Below, piece after piece: positions 40,535-54,368 of a stretch of DNA of 64,000 nucleotides. How positions within the stretch are numbered: the first letter of the stretch is position 1; each line of letters opens with the position of its first letter. The stretch is from positions 213,652,001 to 213,716,000 of the forward strand of contig OZ024742.1 in NCBI GenBank assembly GCA_964016885.1, written 5' to 3'. The stretch is from Eledone cirrhosa. Lineage: Eukaryota. The position numbers were made by a program, and so were the translations under genes. A model generated the notes under the pieces. That model had not been told where the DNA came from. It worked only from the letters and a program-made list of their open reading frames with translations, and searched no databases.

Positions 40535-40573
<39 letters not shown>

Positions 40574-40682
40574 AGTAGAAGGGATATTTAATTTGTTGGA
40601 AATACAACAAATATAAATGTTTATAACTGACAGTTTTCTGTATAAATGTTTATAACTCGACAGTTTTCTGGAGTAAATATTC

Positions 40683-41791
40683 AATGATATTAAATAAATG
40701 GAAACTATATTTATAAAACCATATTTATTCTATTATATATATTCAAGGGTACCAAAAAAACTTTGGTACTGAGGTTAAAGGACGGATAAGGTTGAGTCAT
40801 ATTATTGAAAAACCGTTATTTTAAACGTTATAGAAAGTTTAGATATATAATAATAAGAGAGAAAGAAAGAAGAAAGAAAAAAGAACGAAAAATAAGGAGA
40901 AGGAAAACGAAAAAGAAGACCACTTATAACGTCAATTTTAACTACCTATTTATTTATATAAAATGCAAAATCAACTTCCCTAGTAACTCATATGACAAAC
41001 AACCACCTACAACTTGAACTACCTATTTCTTTATTTATTTATAAACACAAAATCAACAACCCTCGTAACTCATATTATAAACAAATTATCCTTTTAATAA
41101 AAATACATATGCTATTATTAAAATATATATAGATATTTATATATTATAATAAAATAAATAATTACAAACATAATTCTCCGTATAAATATATACATAATTG
41201 TTCCTACTTTTGGCACAAGGCCAGCAATTACTCAGTGCATTACTGGTACTTTATTTTATCGACCCCCGTAAGGATGAAAGGCAAAGTTAACCTCGGCGGG
41301 ATTTGAACTCAGTCCGTAAAGGGACGTAACTATGCTGCAACTCTCTACCGACTCTCTACCGATACTGCCGACTCTCTACCGATACTGCCAGACTCTCTAC
41401 CGACTCTCTACCGATACTGCCAGACGAATGCTTGAATATATTTCCCGCAAATTAACGTTATAAGTGGTCTTCCTTTTTCTTTTTTCTTTCTTCTTTCTTT
41501 CTCTCTTTTTATTATATATCTAAACTTTCCATAGCGTTTAAAATAACAGTTTTTCAATAATATACCTCAACCTTATTTACATATTCATTTGCATATTCAT
41601 CCATAAGTTTGAAATATCCGTCCTTTAATCTCACTACCCAAGAAAATTCAACTGATACGGTATGATTTCCTTGGCTATGTCAACATTTATAAAACACTCT
41701 TTGTATTTTATCTGATGAAAGTGTACCAAAGTTTTTTTTATATAATAGAATAAATATGGCTTTATGAATATAGTTTCCATTTATTTAATAT

Positions 41792-41797
<6 letters not shown>
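40683..41797. mobile_element. Family C fold-back element with SINE insertion
   Basis: 40683-40740 inverted to 41740-41797; 40786-40935 inverted to 41452-41576; SINE at 41196-41422. Confidence 0.6.
41196..41422 (-). mobile_element. tRNA SINE with stuttered head
   Basis: SINE body followed by repeated actctctaccgatactgcc units. Confidence 0.8.
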
Positions 41798-41847
<50 letters not shown>

Positions 41848-41869
41848 ATATATGTATGTGTGTGTTTTT

Positions 41870-42062
41870 TTAGAAAACAAGCCAGAAACTCCCAGAAACA
41901 CCCCTATAGGAGCAAGACACGGTCACCCGACACAACTTGCCTCTAAATAGTCTAACCGATGGTAGCGTGGAAGATGGATGTTAATCGATGATGATGATGA
42001 TTATATATATATATATATATCATATATATCTAAATACAAATATATCTATATATACATATCAC

Positions 42063-42095
<33 letters not shown>

Positions 42096-42545
42096 TTTTC
42101 GTCCGCTTTTCCCTGCTTGCAAGGGTGGGACGGGAACTGATTCTGGCTTGATTTCTTCAGCTGGATGCCCTTCCTTACACCAACCTCATTTACAGTGAGT
42201 GCTGGGTGCTTTTTTGCCATGGCACCTCCACGACCACTCTGCAGTGGAATGATATGGACCCCAGTCCCTATCATCTCATTTCTGCAGCTGAGTAAACTGG
42301 AGCAATGTGAAATAATATATATAGATATATATATATATATATATATATATATCATCATCATCATCATCATCGTTTAACGTCCATGTTCCACGCTTGCATG
42401 GGTTTGGACGGGAGTTTTCCCACTTGAAGCAAGAGTGGTTGTCATTGCTCGCATAGGACTGTCTGGCGGGTTTTCTACAGCTGGATGCCCTTCCTAACAC
42501 CAACCACATTTACAGTGTGGGGCTGGGAGGTTTTTTACCGTGTTG
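41870..42545. mobile_element. Short retroposon remnants with (TGA)n tails (three pieces)
   Basis: (cat)n-ttaacgtcc...gcttgca.ggg..ggacggg...gctggatgcccttcct; similar pieces at 34100-34600 and 49315-49460. Confidence 0.55.
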
Positions 42546-42548
42546 CCT

Positions 42549-42618
<70 letters not shown>

Positions 42619-42696
42619 ATATATATTATATATATATATATATTATATATATATATATATTATATATATATATATATTATATATATATATATATAT

Positions 42697-42728
<32 letters not shown>

Positions 42729-42736
42729 ATATATAT

Positions 42737-42821
<85 letters not shown>

Positions 42822-42826
<5 letters not shown>

Positions 42827-43069
42827 AAGGAAATGTGGTAAGGAACCAGATGGACCATAACGCACCAAAGTACTCAATACTTAGGGTACTAGAGTGGGTA
42901 ATAGGAACGAGTAGGACCCCGACGGCTGAGCTCAAGCCGTTTCGACGGCTAATTCTGGACTAGGACCCCAACGGCTGAGCTCAAGCCATTTTGACGGCTA
43001 ATTCTGGACTAGTCCAGAATTTACCGTCGAAACGGCTTGAGCTCAGCCGTCGGGGTCCTACTCGTTCCC

Positions 43070-43070
<1 letters not shown>
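42822..43070. mobile_element. Miniature fold-back of the Naiad-like pLTR end
   Basis: Two tandem ~47-bp units (-) then one inverted unit (+), centred on ctggactagtccag. Confidence 0.7.
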
Positions 43071-43102
<32 letters not shown>

Positions 43103-43103
43103 G

Positions 43104-43134
<31 letters not shown>

Positions 43135-44288
43135 GATATATATGTATATATAGATATATATTGGCAGATGACAATCAGTAGTAGAACATAGAACAAAAAA
43201 TATACCCTATGATATTTGATTACAGAAAGAGAGAAATTCCTTTATGCCCAGATCAACTGCGATTCAAAACTCTTTGAGGTTGATATATAATTACTTGATA
43301 ATGTACTGGAGTCAAACAATCTATTAAAATCCCTTGAAGATGTGGCGGGCATGAAAGTGATCGATAGAGATCGAGCGAGTTAGAGGATGAGAGAATAAGT
43401 GTATGAAAGAAATAGATAGATAAGTGTATGAAAGAAATAAGAAGATATAAATAGAATAAGAGAGAGTGTTGTGTGTAGTGGACATGGATAAAGGGGAGTA
43501 CATGAATATGACAGAGATAGATGGATAGATTTAGAGATAGGAAGGGTGAAAGGATAGAGTAAAAAGAACAAGTAAAACTGAGAACTTGTTTGTACCAAGG
43601 TACACTATACATGCTATTATGACATGAGGGTTATGGCAGGAATAGCTTTGACTACAGACTTGCAAGATCAGAGCCAACAAAGATAAAAGATAAAATAGTA
43701 ATTATGGAAATTGTTATGGTGGTAGACTAAAAGTGAGGGAGAAAGATAGGGGAAGAGAGGGGGGGGGGGGGGGGGGTTATAAGGAAAATAGAGGTGAGAG
43801 AATGAAATAGATTGTAACAGACAGAAAAAGAGAAAGAGAGAGATTGTTAGAGACTGAGAAAGGGAGAAAGAAAAAGATTGTAAGGGACCTGAGAATGAAG
43901 AAGATAAAAGGGAAAGCAAATGAGAGAGAAAAAGAGAGGAAGAAGGACAGTGAGAAGGAGAGACAGAGATTGAGGGTGACTGAGAGATAAAAAAATGGAA
44001 AGGAAAGTGTTTAAAGAGGAAATGGAAAGGAGAGATAATGAGAATGAGACAATGAGATTAGGAGAGACTGAGAGAAAAATAGGAGAAGCAGAAAGACAGA
44101 GTGAGAGTGTGTAACAAATTTCTAGTGGCTTTATTCACGAAAAATGATATTGAAAGTATTATACAGTAAAGTATTTTGTTCTTTGCTGATGAGACTTTGT
44201 TAGTGGGTATGCCTGTATTAGTGTGTTCATGTGCATATATGTACATAAGTGTGTGTATATATATAAGTATATATATATATATATACTT

Positions 44289-44407
44289 ATGTATGACCAT
44301 ATCACGCTGAAAAATCCAGTTCTTGTCCGATCACCGGAGTTAAGCAATTTTGAGCCTAGTTAGTACTTAGATGGGTGACTGCTTGGGAAACCTATGTGCT
44401 GTAAGCA
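44289..44407 (+). pseudogene. 5S rRNA pseudogene
   Basis: ~119 nt: gaccatatcacgctgaa..gtccgatcaccggagttaagca..gttagtacttagatgggtgactgcttgggaa..gtgctgtaagc; many CpG-type transitions. Confidence 0.85.
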
Positions 44408-44434
44408 TTTCCTTCATATGAGATATAGAGGAAG

Positions 44435-44595
44435 AATCGACCCCCAGTACTTGACTGGTACTTTTTTATCGACAATTAATGGATGAAAGGTAAAGTTGAC
44501 CTTTGCAGTATTTGAACTGAGAGAGCAGAGAGCTGTAATGAATACTGCAAAGCATTCTATCCGATGTTCAAACGACTCTGCCAATTCACCACCTA
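44435..44595 (-). mobile_element. Old tRNA SINE copy
   Basis: Degenerate core ggatgaaaggtaaagttgacct. Confidence 0.7.
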
Positions 44596-45029
44596 TATAT
44601 ATAACCACAAAAAATGGTGACAATTTCTTCTCCTTGTTTGATGGGTCATCATCATGCTTCTAACTTCTTTCAGATGCACACACCTTCCTCAGTCAGTAAA
44701 ACGGGTGGCTGTGGACGATTTAGTGGCTGACTGCTTGACATTGAGACAGGGTTGTTGAGGTCTGAGGAAGATTTAGATGCTTTTTCCTAGATAGAGGGAA
44801 ACATTGACACTGAATGTGGAAGTTAAGCAAAGATTGAAAACAAAGAAAGCAATCATGAGCCACTGGATGCATAATAATAGAATACATAAGCAGACACCAA
44901 ATGAGCTGTGTGTGTGTGAAGGAGAGGGAGAGAGTAAGTTAAAGTAGATGGACATATATCTATATTTACAAACTACTGGTGCATTAATAGAGTTTTGTTT
45001 CAAAGTTATATTGCATTACAGAATATTTA

Positions 45030-45310
45030 TCAGATCAACCATTGCCAGTGGTCCACCCTAGCTGAGGACCACGATGTCTGGCAACTCATCATCAACTAAG
45101 CTGTCGCCTCCTTCGAAAACATATGCGTGGCCACCTTTGAGAAAAAAATGTGCAGGCGGAAGAACCACAACACCACATCATCAAACCTTGATTAGACATT
45201 CAGTTGCAGCCACTGCAACTATGCCTGCTTGCCCCACATTGGCCTGGATAGCCCTGAGTGTGCATGGAGTCAACGTGGGCCACCCACTTCTTTGCAAAGC
45301 CAAACCATGA
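45030..45310 (+). mobile_element. RTE-type LINE 3' remnant
   Basis: CSHCNYACLPHIGLDSP resembles the RTE C-terminal CxxC..RIGL.SH motif. Confidence 0.45.
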
Positions 45311-45381
45311 AATTACTGTACTACAGAATATGTGTATACATTTTTTTTTAGCAAACACTAAACATTATAGATTTAAACACA

Positions 45382-45572
45382 AGGGCGGTGGATTGGCAGT
45401 ATCGGTAGAGGGTCGGACGCCATGCTTTGCAGCATAGAGTTACGGCCCTTGCCATTCTGAGTTCAAATCCCGCCAAGATTAACTTTGCCTTTCATCCTTA
45501 CGGGGTCGATAAAATAAAGTACCAGTAATGTACTTGGTAATTGCTGGCCTTGTGCCAATAGTAGAAACAATT
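45382..45572 (+). mobile_element. tRNA SINE
   Basis: 17-bp target-site duplication attatagatttaaacac. Confidence 0.9.
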
Positions 45573-45851
45573 ATAGATTTAAACACCTTGTCTGTATATA
45601 CAATATCTTCATGAAGAAGCATCAGATAAACTAGTTTCAATCCTGTATAGGAGGGTCCTTGGTTGCTGCTGAAATTCCAACACAGAGATTGAGAGTATAA
45701 CACTTTTTCTATTATATCTCCTGGGACCATGTGGTGGATTGCACCTAGGACTCTGCATATCAGAGAACATTTTCCCACACTGTTTGGGCTTAGATAATTT
45801 GAGTAACAAAAAAGTTAATCAAAGAAATTGATAAAAAATTCCCGAGGAAAT

Positions 45852-46029
45852 AATTGTTTCTACTTTTGGCACAAGGCCAGCAATTATCCAGTGCATTACT
45901 GGTACTTTATTTTATCGACCCCGTAAGGATGAAAGGCAAAGTCAACCTCGGCGGGATTTGAACTCAGATCGTAAGGGGACGTAACTATGCTGGAAAACAT
46001 GACGTCCGACCCTCTACCGATACTGCCAA
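45852..46029 (-). mobile_element. tRNA SINE
   Basis: Near-full copy. Confidence 0.85.
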
Positions 46030-47224
46030 ATCAAAAGACGAAAAGAAATTCCAACACATGGATTGAAATTAGTCCAGTTGATCTGTTTACAAAGACCAAG
46101 TGTTTACATCTTTCTGTTACATACCATCTTGGCTAAAATTCATAGATATATTCTGAAGTACAGTATAGAATTTTTGTATGTCTGTATGTAACATTCCTAC
46201 TTCATTACATCTTCCTTGTGCATTCTCTTCAACTGGAGCCCCTTCATACACACCAAATGGTAATCTTTCATCTAACATAAGTTGTATAGTCAAGATCAGT
46301 TCAAACGCTATTTTTTGACACAATAACTGAAGAGTCAATAAGAGTTCTCTGTATGGCTGCTTGACCTGCTAGAACCAGGCAACCAAATTCTTTTTTTCTC
46401 CTTCATCATTTATTTTAAGTCCATTTTCAATGCTAGCACAGGTTTGATAGGTCTATTCCAGCATAACATCTCTCCTCATGTTGTGATTTTTTGTCATCCA
46501 CTTTGTGAATATCAACACCTAAAATCAATGAAAACCAAACTATGGTAAAAAAAATAAAAAGTGAAGAACACATTAGTCAATGCAGTCCTAGCTACCTCTA
46601 ACTAGACAAATTTGTTTTATAGCTAAACAACACTAATTGAAGCTTTTAATGCCAAGGTCCAGTTTTACTTGATATTGTTCAACTAAATTATTTCCTGGCT
46701 CATTGAAAACATTGCTGGTTTTTATAAACAAATTTCTAACTTAAAATGATGTCAGTATAAATTTATTTTTTATAATTGAAAAGATTTATAAATTCTCTTT
46801 TTAAAAACATCATAGTTTGTGTTTCATGCATTATGTCTTCTGCAAAACCCATTGAACCGTGCATGTTCAAATTATCATTATTGAAATTATTCCAAGATTC
46901 TGAGCTGTCATTAATATGCATGATGTCATCTTAAGAAAGCATTTGTTGATTACAATTCACTGAACTAAATTAGGTAACTGTGATATTCACATTCTCTTAT
47001 TTCTTGATCTTACAATTCACTGAGCTAGCTCACTCTAATATTTACAGTTTCTCATTTATTGATCATATACAATGAATTAAGTGAAATTGTATCATTTTAG
47101 TGGTCATGTCTTTTCAGTTGCTCATCATACATTTTCCTGAGACATATTAGATCACTGAGGTTGTCTAGTCCTTTTTTACTGATCATATATAGCCAAGATA
47201 AGTTAAAACACTCTGATATATTTA

Positions 47225-47959
47225 CTGTATATACTCGAATATAAGCTGATCTGAATATAAGCCGACTCCCTATTTTATGTCTGAGAAATAGGCAAAATCC
47301 AAACCTCATTTATATGCCAAGGCAGGTAATCATTACATTATGTTTATATGGTGTGGCTTTGAAATTCTTATGAAGTTTTAATATTTTGATATTTAATTTA
47401 ATTTTAAGGTTTTAAGTGTTATTTAGAACAGGCATGTCAAAGATGTGGCCCATAGACCACAAGCGGCCCATTACAAGCACACCTGTGCCCCACACAAAGA
47501 TTTTTACAGCATGACAATGTTTTATCTTCATAAAATTAGTTGTAATGTGCACAATTAGTTGTCATGTGTGGCCCTCAGACAACACATATGCGACCCATGA
47601 GGTCCTCGGGAAACCCTCAGTTTGACATGCCTGGTTTAGAATATAGTTTTTGTTTCACAACTCCCTTATGTAATGATTTTTTTCCAATTTCCGACTGTTT
47701 TGAAGGCCATATTCATTCAAAACATAAAAACATATAAAAACCAAAACAAAAAGAAAACAATAGGAAATACAAATTTCATGTCGAAATTGAAACTGGTGCA
47801 ATAATCACCTCCAGAGTGAAACCACCTTCAAATATTTAAGCATTTCATTTACATAGAATTTTGAAAATTTGCAAAATATTGACCTCAAATATAAGCTGAC
47901 TCCTTCATTTTACCCTTGAATTTTTTGTTACATATTTGCTTCTATATAAGTATATATGG
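47225..47959. mobile_element. pogo/mariner-like non-autonomous element
   Basis: TA|ctgtatatactcgaatataagc ... tataagtatatatgg|TA degenerate TIRs. Confidence 0.55.
47429..47633. mobile_element. hAT MITE
   Basis: TIRs CAGGCATGTCAAA/TTTGACATGCCTG; 8-bp TSD atttagaa/gtttagaa. Confidence 0.85.
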
Positions 47960-48163
47960 TATGTCATTTGAGTTATTCATCATACAATCTACTGAATTCA
48001 ATTAGATCATTGTAGTAGTCATGTGTTTTCAGTTGTTCATCATATATTTTACTGAAACATTAGTTCACTGCAGTTGTCTAGTCATATACCATCATTTATT
48101 GATCATACAATTAACCAAGGTAAGTTAGGTCATCGTGATATAGTTATATTATTTCAATTAGTC

Positions 48164-48352
48164 AGGGCGGTGTATTGGCAGTATCGGTGGAGGGTCAGAC
48201 GCCATGCTTTCCAGCATAGTTACGTCCCTTTACGATCTGAGTTCAAATCCTGCCGAGGTTGATTTTGCCTTTCATCCTTACGGGGTCGATAAAATAAAGT
48301 ACCAGTAATGCACTGGGTAATTGCTGGCCTTGTGCCTAAAGTAGAAACAATT
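48164..48352 (+). mobile_element. tRNA SINE
   Basis: TSD attatttcaattagtca. Confidence 0.9.
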
Positions 48353-49471
48353 ATTTCAATTAGTCATCATACAATCTACTGAATTAAATTAAGTCACTCT
48401 TTCAATTAATGGGGTGTATGTGCATATGCCCCTTTCAAAAACATCTGACTGATAAAATGACAAGTCAGTCAATCATATTGGTGGCCTCCCCACAGCCCCG
48501 GCAGACAGAATGGAGAAGGCGTTTCCCCAGAGAACGGTAAGGGAGACGCACTGAAAAGTTCATACTGTTCCAGTTGTTCACCATACAGTTTACTGTGACA
48601 AATTAGGTCACTGGGGTTATCATGTCCCCTCTTTTGTTCATTATGCAATTTATTAAGCTACTTTATTTCACTATGGTAGTCATTTCCTTTCAGATGTTTA
48701 TTATACATTTCACCAAGTTAACTGTAATTGGTAACTGTAATAGTTATATCCTTTCATTTGTTTGACATATAATTCACTGAGTATAATTAGGTGATGGCTC
48801 TATATTTATTATCATACAATTCACTGAACCAAATTAATTTAATGTAATATTTATGTACTTTCAAACCCTTGCTCTTAATTTGTCTCATTCACTAAGTTTC
48901 TATCTGTGAGCAAGACCTTTTATCATATTGTATTTTTATTCATTGCATTCATTGATAATTTATATTATTCCTTTCAATACATTTAGATACATCACTTGGC
49001 TGTCAGATTTAGGCATAAGCTAAACAAGCTCACGATCCACAGGGTCCTCATAAATATTTAAAAGGCATACATGTTTCTATTTTTGTGAGACCTGATGTAA
49101 TTTCATGATAAGTGTCCCCCAAGATATATATAACTAAGGGCTTGGGCAAGTCTCAATCTAGTGTATACAATTATTAATTAATAAATATGTAAGAGAATTA
49201 ATCCCACTACAATGAATAGCATATTTCACAATATTTAGGCTCCAACCAGGTTCTGAAAATAAGGGAATCTAAATTCCACCCAGAGATATCTGGGATTCCA
49301 AGATACCTCAACTATTATCATCATTGTTGTTTAATGACCACTTTTTCTGCTAACAAAGGTTGGATGGGTTTACATAGTCAGTATTGAAGCAGAACTATTG
49401 ATCTTCCAGACAGGTCAGGGGTTCAGCATCTCAGGTTAGGGGCTCAGCATCTCACTTTATATTTTAAATAA

Positions 49472-49885
49472 CAAGACTTAGGTATTAAGATATGCTAGGC
49501 ATCAAGACATCTTAGATATAAAGATATCTTAGATATGAAGTTATCTTAGATAAAATATCTCACATATCATATCATATGTCTTCATATCTTAGATATGAAA
49601 ATGTATACCAAGATATCTTAGATAAAAGTACTCTAGATATGAAGATAGCTTAGATATCACAATATCTTTAATATCAAGATATCTTTGAAATCAATATGTC
49701 TTAGATATCAAAACACTTTCTTGATATTTAAGATATATTGATATTATAAATATCAATATATCTTCATATTTTGATACCAGTGATATCAAGATATGTTTGG
49801 GATTAAGATATCTAAGCCATCTTCGTGTCTTAGGTATCAAAATATATCAAGTATCAAGGTATCTTCTTTGGTATCAAAATGTTTT
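49472..49885. repeat. Degenerate ~17-bp minisatellite (aagatatcttagatatc)
   Basis: Repeated GATATC-centred units. Confidence 0.7.
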
Positions 49886-50473
49886 AGATTGCCAGCATTG
49901 AAAAGCAAGCATAAAAACAATGGTGGTGGTGATGACGATGATGGTCAAAATATGAAGATATATTAGATAACTTAAATATATTAGATTTCTAATGCATGAG
50001 AGATCTGAACTGGAGTATATATGACGATTGCATCTCATCCTGATATATTTTAGTAGGAATAAATAAAAACAAATCCAGATTTCCAGAAAACTGGTCATAG
50101 TCATTATCCTATGTTCTAATGACTAATTTTTGTCCATATGTATGTTATCTTTCTTTTTCTAACTCTTCTTCAAAGAAAATAAGCTCCATAATTTAAGTTG
50201 AATGTTAAATTGTTTAGAAGAATTTTGCATATTTTCACTATTCACTATCCATGTTGCATTTGCCTGAAAACTTTGGTTTTTCAAAATTATTTCTTGTTCA
50301 ATTAATAACATAATCATGTTTACTAATGAATATGGAGGCAATTGTGAATTTATAATCTGCTGGATTCCAAACATTTTTCCATAATCATTCTTTTCCTCAC
50401 TGTTTTTGAAGCAAATATTTCTTTTGAAGGTCAGCTGGCATTTATATTTATATGTATGCAGAAATGTGTGTGT

Positions 50474-51001
50474 GTGTGTATGCATGGCCGGGTCGTCAGC
50501 AACTAAACTGGCAACTGCACCAAGCTTGCTTGGAGAGGAGTGTGATTTTGGACATACTCCAAGATGAAAAACATAACCCATCAAAGGGTGGAGGAACTCA
50601 AAAGAGTCAATGGCCATCCAATAAAGTATTTTTTGTCTTTTTGTGGAGTGAGCGACTCCTAGTGTTCATTAAGACATCTCTGTAGGAGAAGGTCACTTTG
50701 ATATGAAACCTGCAACTTCATTTGCATCCAATGATGTAGACGAGTTCTTCTTTTGGGGCAAATGCATTCGATGTTCAGAGAGTGGGATTTGCTTCTTGCA
50801 AAACCTTTCCTCACTTAAAAATGCTTCAAGAACAGGCATCACTTGATATGTGACATTTTTTTCAATGCATGGCATTGCTAGTCATAGGCAAGTCCATTGC
50901 AGGACTAAAAAGCCAAGTCCGTGATGCCCATGCTTAAGTATCAAGCGATGGCATTACTCGTAATCAAGTTACAACAATCATCATCATGTATGTATGTATG
51001 T
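50474..51001 (+). mobile_element. Non-autonomous RTE-like retroposon with (TATG)n tail (family D)
   Basis: 5' end ggccgggtcgtcagcaactaaactggcaac and 3' end catcatgtatgtatg match 55230-56202 (-). Confidence 0.55.
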
Positions 51002-52199
51002 CTAAAATGCTGCAAATGCCTTGCATCACATATAGTCTCTGACAACTGAAGCCTTGCCATGGCCTTCCCATGGCCTTCCCATGGCCTTCCCATGGTGGAG
51101 ATGTTTGGAACCAGGAGAAGAGGAAAAGGTAAGATATTGGCACCTTAAAACCAGTTGCTCCAGATAGACAGAGCTCTTTAACCTAGGGTAGATGTCTGTT
51201 TAAGAGAAGGGTCACTCTGATTTAAAACCAGGGTTGATGGGACTCCTTATTCATAATTATGACAACCTATCTGTGTGCCAGAACTCAGAAATTTCTTGGT
51301 TGGGATCAGGGTGCACAGTAAATTCACTGGGAGTGAAGGACCCTGAGAATTTGTTATAGCATTCATCTAAGAAAAGGAAACTCTGAAATGAAATCCGTGG
51401 TTTATGTGATTACTGGGCATCTTAATAAGGCTCATTGTCAGATAATAATTACAGTCATGTTGTACAAGCATTTGTCATTATAATCCAATGATGTACACAT
51501 GATTCTTTTTCATCAGTCATTTTATCTCTCTAGTTGATGCAGGCCAGAATTCTAGGCACTGTATAGACAGTAGCCTGCAGCTGTTAGGGTGTTATGCGAA
51601 CTTGAACCAAAAGAATACATCCATTTCTGTAGTTACATTAGCTCAGGAGATGTAGTATAGGCAGGAGCAGTTATGTTTCCCCAGTCACCAGTGCTAATGT
51701 GTCCTAGGACTGTTGTCAGAGCCTGGGGTGGGGTCTTGATCTTGCTTTTTATTGGTGGAAGCGTCTAGATTTGCAGGAATGATTGGGGTGATGTTGAGAC
51801 GGCTATCATTTCTCCAATGATTTACATCATTCAGCAACCCTTGGTAGTAGCATTTCTATACGTCTTTTCTTTGGGTGTCAATGTGGGCAAGCATGGGACT
51901 ATATTTCTGCACACACCTTTTCTTAACAACACCCTGATTCGATCTGACATACTGCTTTGTAATATGGCACATCTCATGCTTTTGGCCCTTTCATTAAAAT
52001 GTATTGACATACTTCTTACATTCAGCATTGCTGATTGTTATGTATGCCGAAGTTTAGCCTCTCTTCAACTCATCTGCTACTGCTCTTTTCTCCTTCTCTT
52101 TTTTCCAATCTTTCCAATAAAATAAATAAGTAGAAGAATCTTGAATACATTCTCTAGTATAGGGAACATTTATAGGGCAGACAATTACTGTGACGACAC

Positions 52200-53360
52200 C
52201 CTAGAAGCGAGCTGGCTAAAAGATAAAATTAGGATTACTCCCTCTACCGGTTCCCACAAAAAGAATAAAAAGGGCATCGTAATTTTGTTTACATTCCGCT
52301 ACTCCCTAAACGTTAGGTTTAACATAACCAAAGTCTTCCTGCATTTAATATATACGCACTTCTTCATTCGCCATAAATATTGGAGATTGTTCCAGAAATA
52401 TAACATAAGGAAAGTTTTAACTGCATCGCTGACATGAAGAAATTATATTTCATAAGCCTACCGCATCCATTGAGGTCTGTTGCTCATATAGAAACAACAG
52501 CACATATCCACTGATAGGAACATGCAATTCACTACATAACGTTGAAATAGCCACTCTTCTCGAACCTTAAATAATTTTTTTCCGCAACACAAGTACCTCA
52601 AGATCCGTAACAGCCATACTATTAAGCTCCCTTATTACGTTACCTTTTATTTAACAAAACATCACTTCAAGAAATCTACCTAAAGTTAATACGAACAGCA
52701 ATAGGGGATATATCGATTGGACCAGATTTTCAGGCTGTAATTGCACTGATCACAATGACTGTCCTCTTGACTTTCACTATCAAGATAAGGGAATTGTGTA
52801 CTAATATAATGTGGATGCGAACTTTGCAAATAAGGCATATATTGGTATCACAACCACCAATTTTAAAATGAGATATAGTCAACAATCATACACCTTTCAC
52901 AATTCAGAACGAAGAAACGCAATGCTACTCTCCATCTACATATCAAAAATATAGGGAAGCCAAGAGACATAAGATATCCGATGAAAGTGCTTAGCGAGAG
53001 CTGTGCCATGTATGGGAAATTGGAAGGACTGAAACATATGCAAGGAAGAGGCTGTACAAAAGCATTTTTGCAATACACCACCAAAATGGCGAATTTGAAT
53101 GTATACATTGTTTATAGAGCATATTTAAACCATAAATTAATATTGAACCCCGACTGAAAGAGCGCTATAATGACAGCTACTGCATACACCATAAAGAACG
53201 TTGGATCCAACATATGACGCAATAGATCCAACACTTGATGGTCACACTACTGCACACAACTATCCTCTTATTGTATAGTATGAGCCTTACTGCACCAAAA
53301 CATACCACCTGAAGACTATACTAAAAGAGTTGAACTCGTAAAATAAACTCATAAACTTGA
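52200..53360 (+). mobile_element. Highly decayed Naiad-like PLE (thumb/linker and GIY-YIG)
   Basis: VILFTFRYSLNVRFNITKVFLHLIYTHF; GCNCTDHNDCPL..KGIVY*..AYIGITTTNFKMRY..F..LLSIYI. Confidence 0.7.
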
Positions 53361-53734
53361 TTGCTTATGGTTAAGGACCTCGATATGATTATATCTCCCC
53401 TATAAAATACAGCTATTTAACGAATCTACCATGCAAGAATAGTACAATTATTCTGTAACACAATAAACTTTCCATTTAATTTCAGACAATTTCTAATACA
53501 CCGCTGCTCATAATCCAGCGTAACCTATATCGCAATGTAGAATCTACATATGACCATTAACTGCATCCTTATTGCTATGATATAAGAAAGTACATCCCAT
53601 TATAAAACAATCAGAATTTCATCTTAATTTAGCTCTAGTTCATTTAGTTAGAAGTGAATGTGAATGATTTAAGTAGTATCATACCTAACTTTCACTAGAT
53701 ATAATTTAATACAATGTAAATTAATGCTTGAGAG

Positions 53735-54256
53735 CAGCGTTTCTCAACCTTTTTACCCTTGTGGAACCCTTGAAATAGGTTCATGTCTCAGGGAACCCCT
53801 ACATAAAAATTATTATATACCATTATTAAGGTGGATTGGCAGTATCGGTAGAGGGTCGGACGCCATGCTTTGACGCATAGAGTTACGGGCCTTTCCATTC
53901 TGAGTTCAAATCCCGCCGAGGTTAACTTTGCCTTTCATCCTTACGGGGTCGATAAAATAAAGTACCACTCATGTACTGGATAATTGCTGGCCTTGTGCCA
54001 AAAGTAGAAACAATTATTAATATATATCTCTTATACTGACCTAGTTTTAAATAATATAAGAGGTTGAAGCCTTTCTTAAAATAAACAAGGATTTTCCGAC
54101 AATATGCCGTAAATGCATAGTAAAATTACGAATATAAAATTAAACAAAAATTACTTTTTAAAATACATTAGTTTATTTATCACTGGTTCTCGCGGAACCC
54201 CTAGCGACCTCTTGCGGAATCCTAGGGTTCCGGGGAACACCGGTTGAGAAACGCTG
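53735..54256. mobile_element. hAT MITE containing a SINE (53829-54015 +)
   Basis: TIRs CAGCGTTTCTCAACC/GGTTGAGAAACGCTG; TSD cttgagag/ctttagag. Confidence 0.85.
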
Positions 54257-54368
54257 CTTTAGAGGTTAGTACAGATAACACTTATTTCATTCATATTGTG
54301 CCAACTAAAGAAAGCATTAATGATATAGTAAGCATAATTAATATTTAACTCCTTAATTATAATTATAA

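Larger units (their letters stand above)
46935..48860. repeat. Old ~60-bp minisatellite array interrupted by TEs
   Basis: Recurrent tt(g)ttcatcatacaattcactgaa.taaattaggtcactgt units. Confidence 0.65.
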
